Virus record (IMG/VR): IMGVR_UViG_3300037502_001683
Coordinates: 6,252 to 70,251 of that record
Length of the DNA: 64,000 nt
From: a virus
Strand: one strand, 5' to 3'
Made by a program: the position numbers and the translations under genes. The notes under the pieces were generated by a model. It did not search any database. It saw only the letters and a list, made by a program, of their open reading frames with translations, and was not told the origin of the DNA. The stretch's first letter is position 1, and every line of letters starts with the position of its first letter. Positions 10,411 to 19,686 of this stretch are shown in pieces.

Positions 10411-11987
10411 AGCTTTTTGAGCGTATCCAAAAGAGGAAAGAGGTCAACCATGGAGGTGCGGCGTTTGATCTCCGCTTCCAGCATGGACTTGTATATACTA
10501 TGTATATCCAGATCAGCTATATCCTCACGGGATATACCACTGATTGCAGCCTCTGCATTATTATCCAACTGAGAAATAACCTTGGCTAGGGATGACGGGT
10601 TCCCTGCCTCGTAGTCGCTTTCCATGATGGTGGAGATGTCGCCGTCCGCCAACAAATCCCAATTGTAGGCTAACGCCGACTTCTTGCCACAGAGTAACAG
10701 ATGGGCTACCAACTGCTTCCAAGCCTCTCCCTTCTGCTCCCCGTAGCGGGTTTCGGTAGGAAGTGCCCGATGGCCTCCGCCCATGGCAGCTTGTTTCTTT
10801 AGCTGCGAGGGCTTGATGCCAAGCAGCTTCGCACAACGATTAGCTAACTCATCCCGCTCAATCCCATCTTCCAAGACAGACAGAGCTTGCCCAACCTTGC
10901 CCATGGCAATCTGTTTATCCTCAATTGAGTTTTTATCCAGCGATTCTGCCAGTGCTTCGGGATAGAGCTTTGCTTCTGATATCAGACTCGCAAGATCCCC
11001 GCCCGAAACCAAGAAAGAATCTGGATCTCCATCTAATAACATTACGGCTTTGACCCTTACTCCGAGACTAGCCAGCCCCGCAAATGCCTTGGAAGCGGCC
11101 TCCTTGCCCGCTTTATCCCCATCAAATACCAAGACAGCCTCCTCGCACAGACGGCGAATGGTGGCCCCGTGGGATGCGGTAAACCCTGTCCCAAGGGGAG
11201 CGATGGCATTGGTAATTCCTGAAAGGTGGCATCTGATCGTATCAATCTGTCCCTCGACAATGACCGCTTGCCCCGAATCAATGATGGATCGTTTGGCCTT
11301 GTCCAGTCCGTAGAGAAGCTTTCCCTTATGGAATATGGAGGATTCGGGAGAGTTGAGATACTTCGCAGGGTGGTTGTCGGTGGTTCTCCCGCTGAATCCG
11401 ACCAGCGTCCCCGACTCGTCCGCTATCCCGAACATAATCCGATTGGTAAAACGCAGTGTCCCGTTGTCGTAGGTTAGACCCGATAGGGTATGATGATTTG
11501 CACTACCAGACAGAGCATAGCTCTTGGGCGCGAATCCGATCTTCCATTCCTCGCAGATCTCCTTATTGAATCCCCGCTCTTTGAGGATCTTTCGGGCTTC
11601 GGCCCCTTCCTTGCTCAAAAGCAAACTGAAAAATTGTTGGTGGGCTTTATAGACTACCGATACCAAGCCCCTTCGTAGCTTATCGGCCTCGCTTTCCTGT
11701 TCCTCTATGGTTATCCCCGCTTTGGCCCCAAGCTTGCGGACAGCTTCGGGAAAATTGATCTTGTCCATCTCCATGACGAAACGAAAGACCGACCCACCAG
11801 CCCCGCAACCGAAACATTTATAGTTTCCTTTTTCATCATTGATAAAAAAAGAAGGAGTCCTCTCCCGATGGAAGGGACAAAGCGCAACGAATCGTCCGCC
11901 CCTCTTTTTCACAGGAAAGTAATCTCCTGCTACTTCAGAGAGACGGACGTTCGCCGCTATCGAAGCAATGGTGGAGTCAGAGATCAA
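10407..11987 (-). CDS. dnaG: DNA primase, bacterial DnaG type
   Basis: CPFH...CFGC zinc finger, KYLNSPES, TOPRIM VEGQID and FDGDKAG. Confidence 0.97.
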   Translation of the reverse strand: MISDSTIASIAANVRLSEVAGDYFPVKKRGGRFVALCPFHRERTPSFFINDEKGNYKCFGCGAGGSVFRFVMEMDKINFPEAVRKLGAKAGITIEEQESEADKLRRGLVSVVYKAHQQFFSLLLSKEGAEARKILKERGFNKEICEEWKIGFAPKSYALSGSANHHTLSGLTYDNGTLRFTNRIMFGIADESGTLVGFSGRTTDNHPAKYLNSPESSIFHKGKLLYGLDKAKRSIIDSGQAVIVEGQIDTIRCHLSGITNAIAPLGTGFTASHGATIRRLCEEAVLVFDGDKAGKEAASKAFAGLASLGVRVKAVMLLDGDPDSFLVSGGDLASLISEAKLYPEALAESLDKNSIEDKQIAMGKVGQALSVLEDGIERDELANRCAKLLGIKPSQLKKQAAMGGGHRALPTETRYGEQKGEAWKQLVAHLLLCGKKSALAYNWDLLADGDISTIMESDYEAGNPSSLAKVISQLDNNAEAAISGISREDIADLDIHSIYKSMLEAEIKRRTSMVDLFPLLDTLKKL

Positions 11988-14913
11988 AAACTAAACGGAT
12001 TAGGACTTGATGGCATATCTTCCACGCGAGGCAGGACATGGACTGTCCCGTCCCGCTTTGGTTTGCGCGGTACTTCGATGGCAGTCACCACAAACAAAAA
12101 CGAAGTGACGGCTACTATCAGTGCGAGGAATGCATAGGGTTTCATTTCTTTCCGTGCTTTCTGGTTTCTTGAATATTATTGATGATTAGTGTTGAGAATG
12201 ACCACGTTGCAATGGCAACGAATGTTCCAATGACTACGAAGGAGAGGATCATACCAAACATAGATCCTCCTGATCGTAGAGTTCTCCAAGATCGCGGAAG
12301 TGTTCCAAGATCTTGCCCATCAACTCGTTGGATATAACATCTTCGATGTCGATGAAGAAGCGGCGTTCCAGTTTGCGGCATTCGGCCACACTCATGGTCA
12401 ATTCAATGTTATTTGAATCGTTCCATACTGTGACCCTTCCCCTGCAACGCCTTTCGGCATTGAGGCCAGCTTTGGTTATGTGGTGGTGGATCATTGGTCC
12501 TTCCCGTGCCATTGAAGCGGGGCAAGTTCATCAACAGCCATGCTGTAAATCACTTCCCTTTGACGCTCACTCAAAGGATTGCCGACATTGACTGAGTTCC
12601 TCAGTATGGTGATGGCGCTCCTGACATTGGCGATAAGGATGTTGTTTTTGCCGAAATCCTCACTCTGTGGAATTTTTGTTTTCATGGTCAGCAAACAATC
12701 AGGAGGTTATTCTTCATCCAATCTTTGCTGATTCCTTTTTCAGCAAGACGATGAGTGATAGCTTTCTTGATTTGCTTTTCGCGCTGCGAAGCGCCCGACT
12801 TTTTACTTTTTGGTTTCTGTTTCATGGTTGTGTTTGTTGGATAGCCAGTTGTCTAACTGGCGGTAGGCTACCAGACGTTGCATCCAGTTTGCTTGATTAG
12901 TGAACTGAATGCCTCGTGCCAGTAGCGAAGGTTGTTGTTTCGGGCCGCGAACCTTGAGCATGATGTCATGCCACAGGTCGCAGACAAATCTTACTTGTTC
13001 TTTAGACATAGGAATCCTCCTGACGTTGGCATTCGTCGCGGATGGTTGACAGGTCTTCCACGCATGGGCGACATCCGAGATGGACACAGGCATCCAATAC
13101 CTGTGCGTCCCCGAATTCTTGACACAAGAAATAAAGCGGTTTGGATTGATAGGTTTTTCCATCCAGCTTGATTCCGCCCCAAAATTCGTAGTGGTCATTG
13201 CCACAGGCATCAGTCCACATTTTGCACCTCCGTTGCTTTGATCATTCGGTAGGCTTTGATGGCATCACGCACATCATCTTTTCTCCAGTTTTTGCAAGCT
13301 GGAAGAATTGACTTGTTTCTGTTTTTGTATCCGTAGCGGATCGCTCGCCTTAGAACAATGTCCAGCAGAGTTAAGTTGGCTATGGTTGGTTTGAACTTCT
13401 GTATTTTGGTTTTCATGGTGGTATTTGATTAGACTATGTGTTAGGGGTTTTGTTCAATGAAATCTTCATGGTCGATCCACGATTTTCCTGCCGAAGAAGG
13501 GGAGAGGCCCGCGCCCGAAGCAGACAAGCCTTGGGTTCCCCCCCCTCTCACCAATGCAGAGAAGCAAGCACTGAAGTTTGCCATGATTCGGAACCGCCCC
13601 GATAGGAAAGGACGGGGAGCCAGACGGCGAGCGGGGGAAAAGAAATGGGCAACAAAAGGCAAATAGTTTTTCATGCGGTTCTCCAGAAGCGGAGTTTTTT
13701 CTTTCCGCCCTCTGTCACCATCCTTGTAGGATAGCGTTTCCCGTGGCGGCGACCTTCCTTTGAAGCGAGCGAGCGAAGAAAATTCCAGTTGGTTTTTAAT
13801 CCAGTTTCAGGCCAAGCAAAGGACTCTCCGACTTCCAGTTTTGAGAGCATGAAGGGGAGAGGATGGACGAGCGGCCCTCTCTCCCCCTTACGGGGGAGGA
13901 GGACCTTATCGTCAATGACTATGGTATAGCTTCGCTTCACAGGCTATCCACAATCTTTTGGAACCAGTTTTTCGGTAGTTCGTAGGCAACCCCGTCAACA
14001 ATCATTGACTGATTGTGCATGGGCCTAGCCCAACCCCCGCCGAAGTAATAGAGTCCAGCAGGAATAAACCTCATTGGTTTTTCTCCTCCAAGACTCCCCT
14101 TTATTTGTTTTGCTTTTACTTGTGCTGTCATAATCTTATTCTCTAAACCATTCGGCCCGCGCCATTTCGTAATCCTCCGCGACATCCAGACCGATGAAGC
14201 GGCAATTATCCTCCGCGAAGGTGCGGATTTCCTCGTCCAGTGCGTCCTCAATAGCCTTGGTTAGCTCTGGATGGCCCTCTACGACGATTTTCTCGTATTG
14301 TCTGCCCTCCGTAGTCCACGGCAGATATTTCCCCTCGTCTGCTTCGATTTCGCACTTTGTCACCTCTATGCCTTGGACATCGACATCCCCATCAAACTCG
14401 ACGTTGACTTCCGCATCGACGTAATAGGTTTTGTCTCCGACTGAGATTTCATTACTGAATCCGACTTTGTATCCGCATGTATGGGTTTTCATTTGTTTTA
14501 TTGTGGGTTGGGTTCCAGATCCCCGAAGACGGCGCGGAGATCCTGCTCGACAGCTTCAAGCTTGCGTTTGAATTCCGCGAACATTTCATTCTGGTTTTCG
14601 TAGCCAATTTCCTTGGCAGACTCCCCCTTCAAGCGGTCACAAACGTCGAAGTAGACCTCTTGGAGGTGGGTGATGGTGGATTGATGGATGGTCTTCACAG
14701 TGTCTTTCCTTTCGATGGGGCTTGAGTGACGATAGCCTTGCAGGCGGATCGTGCCGCCGCTTCGACTCTGTCGATAGTTTCCTGTGATACTCTGGAAAAC
14801 TTATGGGCGCGATTAGCCTCTGCGAATTCCAGAATGTATTTTTTTACTTTGGATTTGTTGATTAGTGCGTTCATGGTGTGGTTTTTTATTTGGTTTTTGT
14901 TTAGTCGATCCAC
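11984..14913 (-). other. Run of about 12 short, tightly packed early/middle hypothetical genes (e.g. 11984-12145 membrane peptide, 12491-12685, 13210-13416, 13671-13940, 14136-14492, 14498-14698)
   Basis: Abutting or ATGA-overlapping minus-strand ORFs with A/C-rich leaders; several begin MKT. Confidence 0.7.
13429..13457 (-). promoter_or_regulatory. TGAAC-N17-GTC class (ECF/sigmaE-like) promoter
   Basis: Minus strand reads TTGAAC-17 nt-GTCTAA, 12 nt before the ATG at 13416. Confidence 0.7.
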
Positions 14914-15356
14914 GGGGCAGTTTTTCCCGTGAAAGTTTCGTAGAGGTTGATTGCCTCTTTCCAGTCTTCCGAATCCCCGTCCGAAGAGAAGGAGAAAACA
15001 CTTCTCCCAAGCTTTTCAACGAGGGTCAATAGAGCAAAGCAAACCAGCAAGTCATAGGGCTTGTGTGCCGTTTTGCAGAACCAGTCGCAGGGGTTGGTTC
15101 TGCTTTTCTCATGCCAACGAATGGCGAATGTCTCATGGTCAAGATCCGCCGAGGAGTCACCATTGAACCAGATTTCGCTTTCGTTGAATACTGGTTTGCC
15201 CTCACCAGACCCGCCGCGAATCTTGAAAAGATCCTGACGTTCGATGAATTTGGCAAACTTCTTAATCTGACCGCTTGCCGATTTGAATTTGCGGCGAAGC
15301 GTCTCAGTGCATTCGATTTTTTCGGGACTGTATTCCCAATAGTGTGTGTATCCCAT
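14901..15356 (-). CDS. Conserved phage hypothetical protein (MGYTHYW family)
   Basis: MGYTHYW...FNG...HETF...FCKT..KPYD...SSDG pattern, common in phage early regions. Confidence 0.8.
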   Translation of the reverse strand: MGYTHYWEYSPEKIECTETLRRKFKSASGQIKKFAKFIERQDLFKIRGGSGEGKPVFNESEIWFNGDSSADLDHETFAIRWHEKSRTNPCDWFCKTAHKPYDLLVCFALLTLVEKLGRSVFSFSSDGDSEDWKEAINLYETFTGKTAPWID

Positions 15357-15384
15357 ATGTTTTTATGTGTTGTGGTTTATCGGG

Positions 15385-15435
15385 GAAGATTCCCCATTCT
15401 GCCCTCTCCGAAGAGAGGACAGATGGGAAACCCTC
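15385..15435 (-). promoter_or_regulatory. Long intergenic UUCG hairpin (RNase III-like processing or stability site)
   Basis: Minus RNA GAGGGUUUCCCAU-CUGUCCUCUC-UUCG-GAGAGGGCAG-A-AUGGGGAAUCUUC, about 23 bp with G-U pairs and no U-tract. Confidence 0.65.
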
Positions 15436-15437
15436 GC

Positions 15438-16481
15438 TTAATTAGCGAGAGCAGCTTGCCTGACCGCTTCGCGGCCCTTGGAAAGCATAACTTCACGCTC
15501 TCCGCGACCCGCGAGCATGGCGATGAAGTTGCGCTTATGCTCTGCTGCTGAACCAAGTTGCGAGCGGTAAACCCGCGAGGCAAGATTGGCTTTGCGTCCC
15601 GTGCCGTTACCGCTTGTCCAGTATTCCGTAGCACCATTTGCGAGGTCATACAGGTTGCGGCCATTGTTCCCGATGCCATTGGCGAACAGGTCAGCAATCT
15701 CGCGAGCCGCATTCATCGAACGGGTTGCAAGCTTGTTTTCCTTGGCATCTGTGGTCATGCAGAAATAACCCGCCGCCATAGCGAGCGCATCATTAGCGTC
15801 ACAGGCGTGATCTGCGAGGTATTCCATGACTTTGACCAACTCCACGCGACCCTTCAGGATGGCGTTCAGGAGGTCACCCAAGCCTTCAAGCGCAAACTCT
15901 GCATTCTTGGTATGGTAAACCTTGAACTTGTTTTCCGCAGCATTGCGCGACCACTGAAACGTATTCATACAGACAATACGGATTGCGGAATCGAAAGACT
16001 CCATCGCAATCGTGCCATCATGCGAGGTAACGAAGTTTAGATTCGCCTTGAACTTGTCCCCGTTTATCACAAGGTCAGAGTTTCCGATATCGCACGAGAT
16101 GGAAAACTTCTTTCCACGCTCTAACGTGCAGACACTTGTCACCTTGCAATCCAGATCCCGAAGTGACTTTTGCATAACGTTCCAGATCTCGCGGTTGCTG
16201 ATCACTTTGTAACCCGCTTTCGGAATGTGAAGCGGAACCAAGGCATTCCGCCCCGAAAGATCAGGGCGAACTTTGCGGTGATCCGCGACAAGAACTTTGT
16301 AGTCTTCAAGCGTTGCCTGTTCCCCGTCCACCTGAACGTAAGCGGGGCTTTCGATTATGTCGAACAGCAAAGGAGAGACTTCCGTGTCTCCAATTGCTGA
16401 AACGTGTTGCGCTAATCCATGCCATTCTGTCCCCTGAACGGAAAGGACGATGTCATGCGGTTGTTCGATTTTGTGACTCAT
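15438..16481 (-). CDS. DUF932 family protein
   Basis: WHGL, YKVISN, TSHDG, IRIVCMNT, HTKN motifs; start moved to MSHKIE. Confidence 0.88.
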   Translation of the reverse strand: MSHKIEQPHDIVLSVQGTEWHGLAQHVSAIGDTEVSPLLFDIIESPAYVQVDGEQATLEDYKVLVADHRKVRPDLSGRNALVPLHIPKAGYKVISNREIWNVMQKSLRDLDCKVTSVCTLERGKKFSISCDIGNSDLVINGDKFKANLNFVTSHDGTIAMESFDSAIRIVCMNTFQWSRNAAENKFKVYHTKNAEFALEGLGDLLNAILKGRVELVKVMEYLADHACDANDALAMAAGYFCMTTDAKENKLATRSMNAAREIADLFANGIGNNGRNLYDLANGATEYWTSGNGTGRKANLASRVYRSQLGSAAEHKRNFIAMLAGRGEREVMLSKGREAVRQAALAN

Positions 16482-16774
16482 ATGTGTTTTTCTATGTGGT
16501 GTTTTTGGTTTTTGTTCGCCGCCCTTTGTCACCCTCAATTGAGGGGCAGAGGTTGTCGAACGAAAGTAAAAATAGCTTGGGAAGAAAGTTTGTCAAATGT
16601 TTTTCTTTGCCCGAAAGAAAAAAAGATTCGGCCCCTTGTCACCTTGTCAGGCTGCTTTTGTTTTGCTTTGGGGAGTGTTGCCATAGCGAGGAGGGAAAGA
16701 AAATCGTTTTGCGGGGCATTTAAAGCGCGAAAATCGGGCGGGACGGGGCGGAGGATCGGACTCCGCGCACCTTG

Positions 16775-17068
16775 TCACTTTGTTTCGTCGGGATATCTTC
16801 CGTTTGCGTATAGCGTTTTCCCGCTTGCCGTTTTCACCTCATCATAAATACGGGTATGCTCTGGAAACTGCTCTCGCCTTAAATCAAACTCCAGACTTTT
16901 ATATAGGGTATCCAAAGCATGCCGCCGCGCTTGCTTGTCTCCAGTGTCAAAACGTTGCGTTTCCAGATTCAGAAACGCCACCTTGTCACCTTCTGACTTT
17001 GTAATGGCCGCGAGATAGTATGTTCCGAGACTTTCGGACTGCTCTGATATTTCAATATTGAATTTCAT
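16775..17068 (-). CDS. Hypothetical early protein
   Basis: 97-aa ORF in the early operon, 4 nt downstream of the 17073-17294 ORF. Confidence 0.7.
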   Translation of the reverse strand: MKFNIEISEQSESLGTYYLAAITKSEGDKVAFLNLETQRFDTGDKQARRHALDTLYKSLEFDLRREQFPEHTRIYDEVKTASGKTLYANGRYPDETK

Positions 17069-17072
17069 TTGA

Positions 17073-17294
17073 TTAGAATACTCCCTTTGTCAAATCGTAA
17101 CCTGTCAGGATTCCGAGAGATGCAATGCGCCTCCGCGCCCGATTACCTGTTCCGATAGGTTTTGCCCTCAAATTGTCCGCGATATGCCAGCGGATTTTCT
17201 GCTTGGCGCGGATTGCCTTGCCTTGTGACTCAATTCCCGTCCCGCGCCGATAAATGGCAAGGGAGAGACCTAATTTTTTCAGTGTGGTTTTCAT
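17073..17294 (-). CDS. Small basic hypothetical early protein
   Basis: MKT start after a hairpin and A/C-rich leader. Confidence 0.65.
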   Translation of the reverse strand: MKTTLKKLGLSLAIYRRGTGIESQGKAIRAKQKIRWHIADNLRAKPIGTGNRARRRIASLGILTGYDLTKGVF

Positions 17295-17305
17295 TGGTTT
17301 TAATG

Positions 17306-17354
17306 GGTTTCCCCGTGCGCCCCGCGCCGAAACGCGAGGCGAGGCGGGAGAGCC
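17306..17354 (-). promoter_or_regulatory. Intergenic UUCG hairpin, second copy of the type at 15385
   Basis: Minus RNA CCCG..CGCCUCGCGU-UUCG-GCGCGGGGCG..CGGG directly after the gp88-like stop and before the leader of the next gene. Confidence 0.6.
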
Positions 17355-18064
17355 TATACTTGCACCACAAATCCCGAATCATCCTTTCGCGCTTTGCCCT
17401 TGGCCTTAAGCCCGACAACGCACCCGCGAGGGTCTAGGAAACGAAGGTCAGATTCGTCCCCGTCCACTACGGGCTTGCCTTGGAAGGATTCGGGAAGCTT
17501 GGCCGATGAAAAGACAATTGCCACGTTCCCGCCCGAACCAAGGATGGAAAGCGCAACCTGACCATTGTCTTCTGACCGAGAAAAGGTCAGTTGATAATTG
17601 CGGGGAAGCTTGCCCTCCAGATAAGCCGCAATCCTGTTCGGGTTTTTCGTGTAATCATAGAATTGAATCGCGGGGAATCGTTCCATGATCGAAGCAAACC
17701 CGCCGCAAGGGATCTTTTCCCACGGGAGGTCACTTGTCCCGTTCAAACGGACACACGGAGTCATGCCAAGCTTTTCCGCTTTTTTGATAAGGCGGGAAAC
17801 GTCCGCCGCGAGTGTTTCCATGAATCCCGCACGATCACGGACGAATTCAAGAGTCTTCGCGATTCGTGCGCTTCTTACGTTGTCAAATGCGCCACGGCCA
17901 GCGGTGAACAGGCAAGCCGCCGCGCATCCTTGGGAAGCATGGGGGCATACATTAATCGCGCCCGACTCTTTCACGGGTGCAAGGTAGAGAATCCCCGTGA
18001 GGAATCCTTTCGCCTGACCTTTAACTGTTTTTGCGTTGGTGTCGATGGATAATAGCGTTTTCAT
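17354..18064 (-). CDS. Phage gp88-like protein (Cys cluster, radical-SAM-like fold)
   Basis: NAKT.K, VCP.AS.GC.AACL, VRLNGTSD, FYDYTK, DGD..DLRFLD, VVGLKAKG. Confidence 0.85.
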   Translation of the reverse strand: MKTLLSIDTNAKTVKGQAKGFLTGILYLAPVKESGAINVCPHASQGCAAACLFTAGRGAFDNVRSARIAKTLEFVRDRAGFMETLAADVSRLIKKAEKLGMTPCVRLNGTSDLPWEKIPCGGFASIMERFPAIQFYDYTKNPNRIAAYLEGKLPRNYQLTFSRSEDNGQVALSILGSGGNVAIVFSSAKLPESFQGKPVVDGDESDLRFLDPRGCVVGLKAKGKARKDDSGFVVQV

Positions 18065-18085
18065 GATATGGTGATGGTGTTGGTT

Positions 18086-18489
18086 TTAGTGTTGAAAAAA
18101 ATACTTGATCATACAGAGCCCGAAAAAAGGAGACATCCCCGCTACGCAAACAAGCGCAAAGGGAGAAGCTTCCTTGAATTCCCGTAAGATCCCGTGAGCA
18201 TAGAAAGCAAAGCGGGACGGGTTGCGGACAATGCAAGACAGATGCAGCTTGCAACGTGTAACTGATGGATTGGTTTTTTTCATGGTCAAACAAGCTCCCA
18301 TCCGAATTTCTTGGCGATCTTTTGAGCGGAAAAAAGGTGCGCTTCTGGCGTCCTGCGTTCGCTCAAGTGATAGAGAATTTCATCGGTGATGGCGTCACGG
18401 ATAGCAGCAAAGCCGCAAACGTGGGCAAAGTAGACTTTCCGCGAGGCAGCTTGAAGCTCCCCGCCCATTTCGGTGGCATTGGTTTTCAT
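18086..18489 (-). other. First two small early genes (18286-18489 and about 18086-18283)
   Basis: Consecutive ORFs directly downstream of the leftward promoter. Confidence 0.6.
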
Positions 18490-18497
18490 GCACGGGG

Positions 18498-18526
18498 AGA
18501 ATCGGACGGGGCGGGAATGCAGTCAA
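18498..18526 (-). promoter_or_regulatory. Leftward sigma70-like early promoter, near-leaderless
   Basis: TTGACT-17 nt-GATTCT, then 8 nt to the ATG at 18489; A/T-rich UP-like tract upstream. Confidence 0.65.
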
Positions 18527-18604
18527 CAAGTTTTTTCAATTTATTTTTAGCGGGACTAATTGGAATAATTACAAATAAGAATTGACGAAGTGCGGGAGAG
18601 GGTA

Positions 18605-18643
18605 GGACATAGAATGTCCGAGGGGGTAAGACATTGCATGTCC
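18605..18643. promoter_or_regulatory. Two palindromic operator-like boxes GACAT-N3-ATGTC
   Basis: GGACAT-AGA-ATGTCC (18605-18619) and AGACAT-TGC-ATGTCC (18629-18643) between divergent promoters. Confidence 0.6.
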
Positions 18644-18675
18644 TATGCCCCTAAAAAATAAATGAAAAAAATCAT

Positions 18676-18703
18676 TTGACAATTAATGCGGGGGAGATAT
18701 CTT
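18676..18703 (+). promoter_or_regulatory. Rightward sigma70-like promoter
   Basis: TTGACA-16 nt-TATCTT, 9 nt before the ATG at 18713; A-tract upstream. Confidence 0.65.
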
Positions 18704-18712
18704 TGCCAACGT

Positions 18713-18955
18713 ATGGGAAACACCACACACACCACCACGGGCAAGGAACCTCGCAATCGGGTTGCCTTGCGTTTGATTCAATCGGCGGCTGATGCTCTCG
18801 TGACCTACGAGAATTGCGCGGGACTATCGAAAGCCGATGCATGTTGGAGCGGTCTAAAACGCTGCAAAGAGGATCTTGCAGCCATGGGCGGAAACATGCC
18901 AGACCACGAGACGTTGCGCCTTATCGGACGCTACAACGGGGACGGAGAGATTTAG
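18713..18955 (+). CDS. Small stand-alone hypothetical protein
   Basis: Has its own promoter and terminator; start moved to MGNTTH. Confidence 0.65.
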   Translation: MGNTTHTTTGKEPRNRVALRLIQSAADALVTYENCAGLSKADACWSGLKRCKEDLAAMGGNMPDHETLRLIGRYNGDGEI

Positions 18956-18975
18956 TCTCGCCCCGAACCTTACAG

Positions 18976-19012
18976 CCCTCTCCTGCCATTGCGCGGGAGG
19001 GGGTTTCTTTTT
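18976..19012 (+). terminator. Intrinsic terminator
   Basis: CCCTCTCCTGC-loop-GCGGGAGGGGG followed by TTTCTTTTT. Confidence 0.75.
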
Positions 19013-19395
19013 GCCCTGATTTTGGTTTCGGGATTTGGGTCAGGTTGCGCTTTAATTTGGGGCGTCGATTGCGCGAGGATCGCGCCCATTCCTCTGTCGG
19101 TTGTCGGCGGTGAGTAGTCCCGAAAAATGGAAAGTCTCGCCATAGTGCCGTATAAGCGGAGACTCACCTATCAGATCAGGGGATGGGGCGGGGAGGGCAT
19201 GAGAAATGAGAGCCAGCTATCAACCCTGACAGGGGGACGGGACAGGGGCAGGGACGGCCCGACATGGGAGCGGTCCGCTGGCCCAGCGGACCCCACCGAG
19301 AACCAAGAACCCACTCGCACAGCAGACCCCCACCACACGGGTGTCGGCATCGGCCTTTCGCTGTGGACGACAGCGTGACGGACATAATACGGGAT

Positions 19396-19526
19396 CTCAA
19401 ATATTGTGTGCGAAATCTTTCCAGTCAAGTAAAATTATTATTCCTGCTTGGTATACCCCCTCTGTTTAGGGATGTTACCCCCTCTCAAATAGTTTGTGCC
19501 AAAACAATCCCGTCAACAAATTTATT
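19396..19526 (-). repeat. Imperfect ~44-bp direct repeat (period 88), each copy carrying a leftward TTGAC box
   Basis: ctcaaatattgtgtgcgaaatctttccagtcaagtaaaattatt versus ctcaaatagtttgtgccaaaacaatcccgtcaacaaatttatt. Confidence 0.7.
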
Positions 19527-19686
19527 TAGCCCCTACCCCCCCCGTCTTGACTTATTACTGGACTGATACCACCCCGTTGTTTTGGGTAATCCCCGTCTTA
19601 GATATTTTTCTCTGATATGTTTACGGGGTTGCGGGATCGTGTCTGATCTGCGCCAGTGGATGGGGTGTAATTGCGTTTAAATGGGC

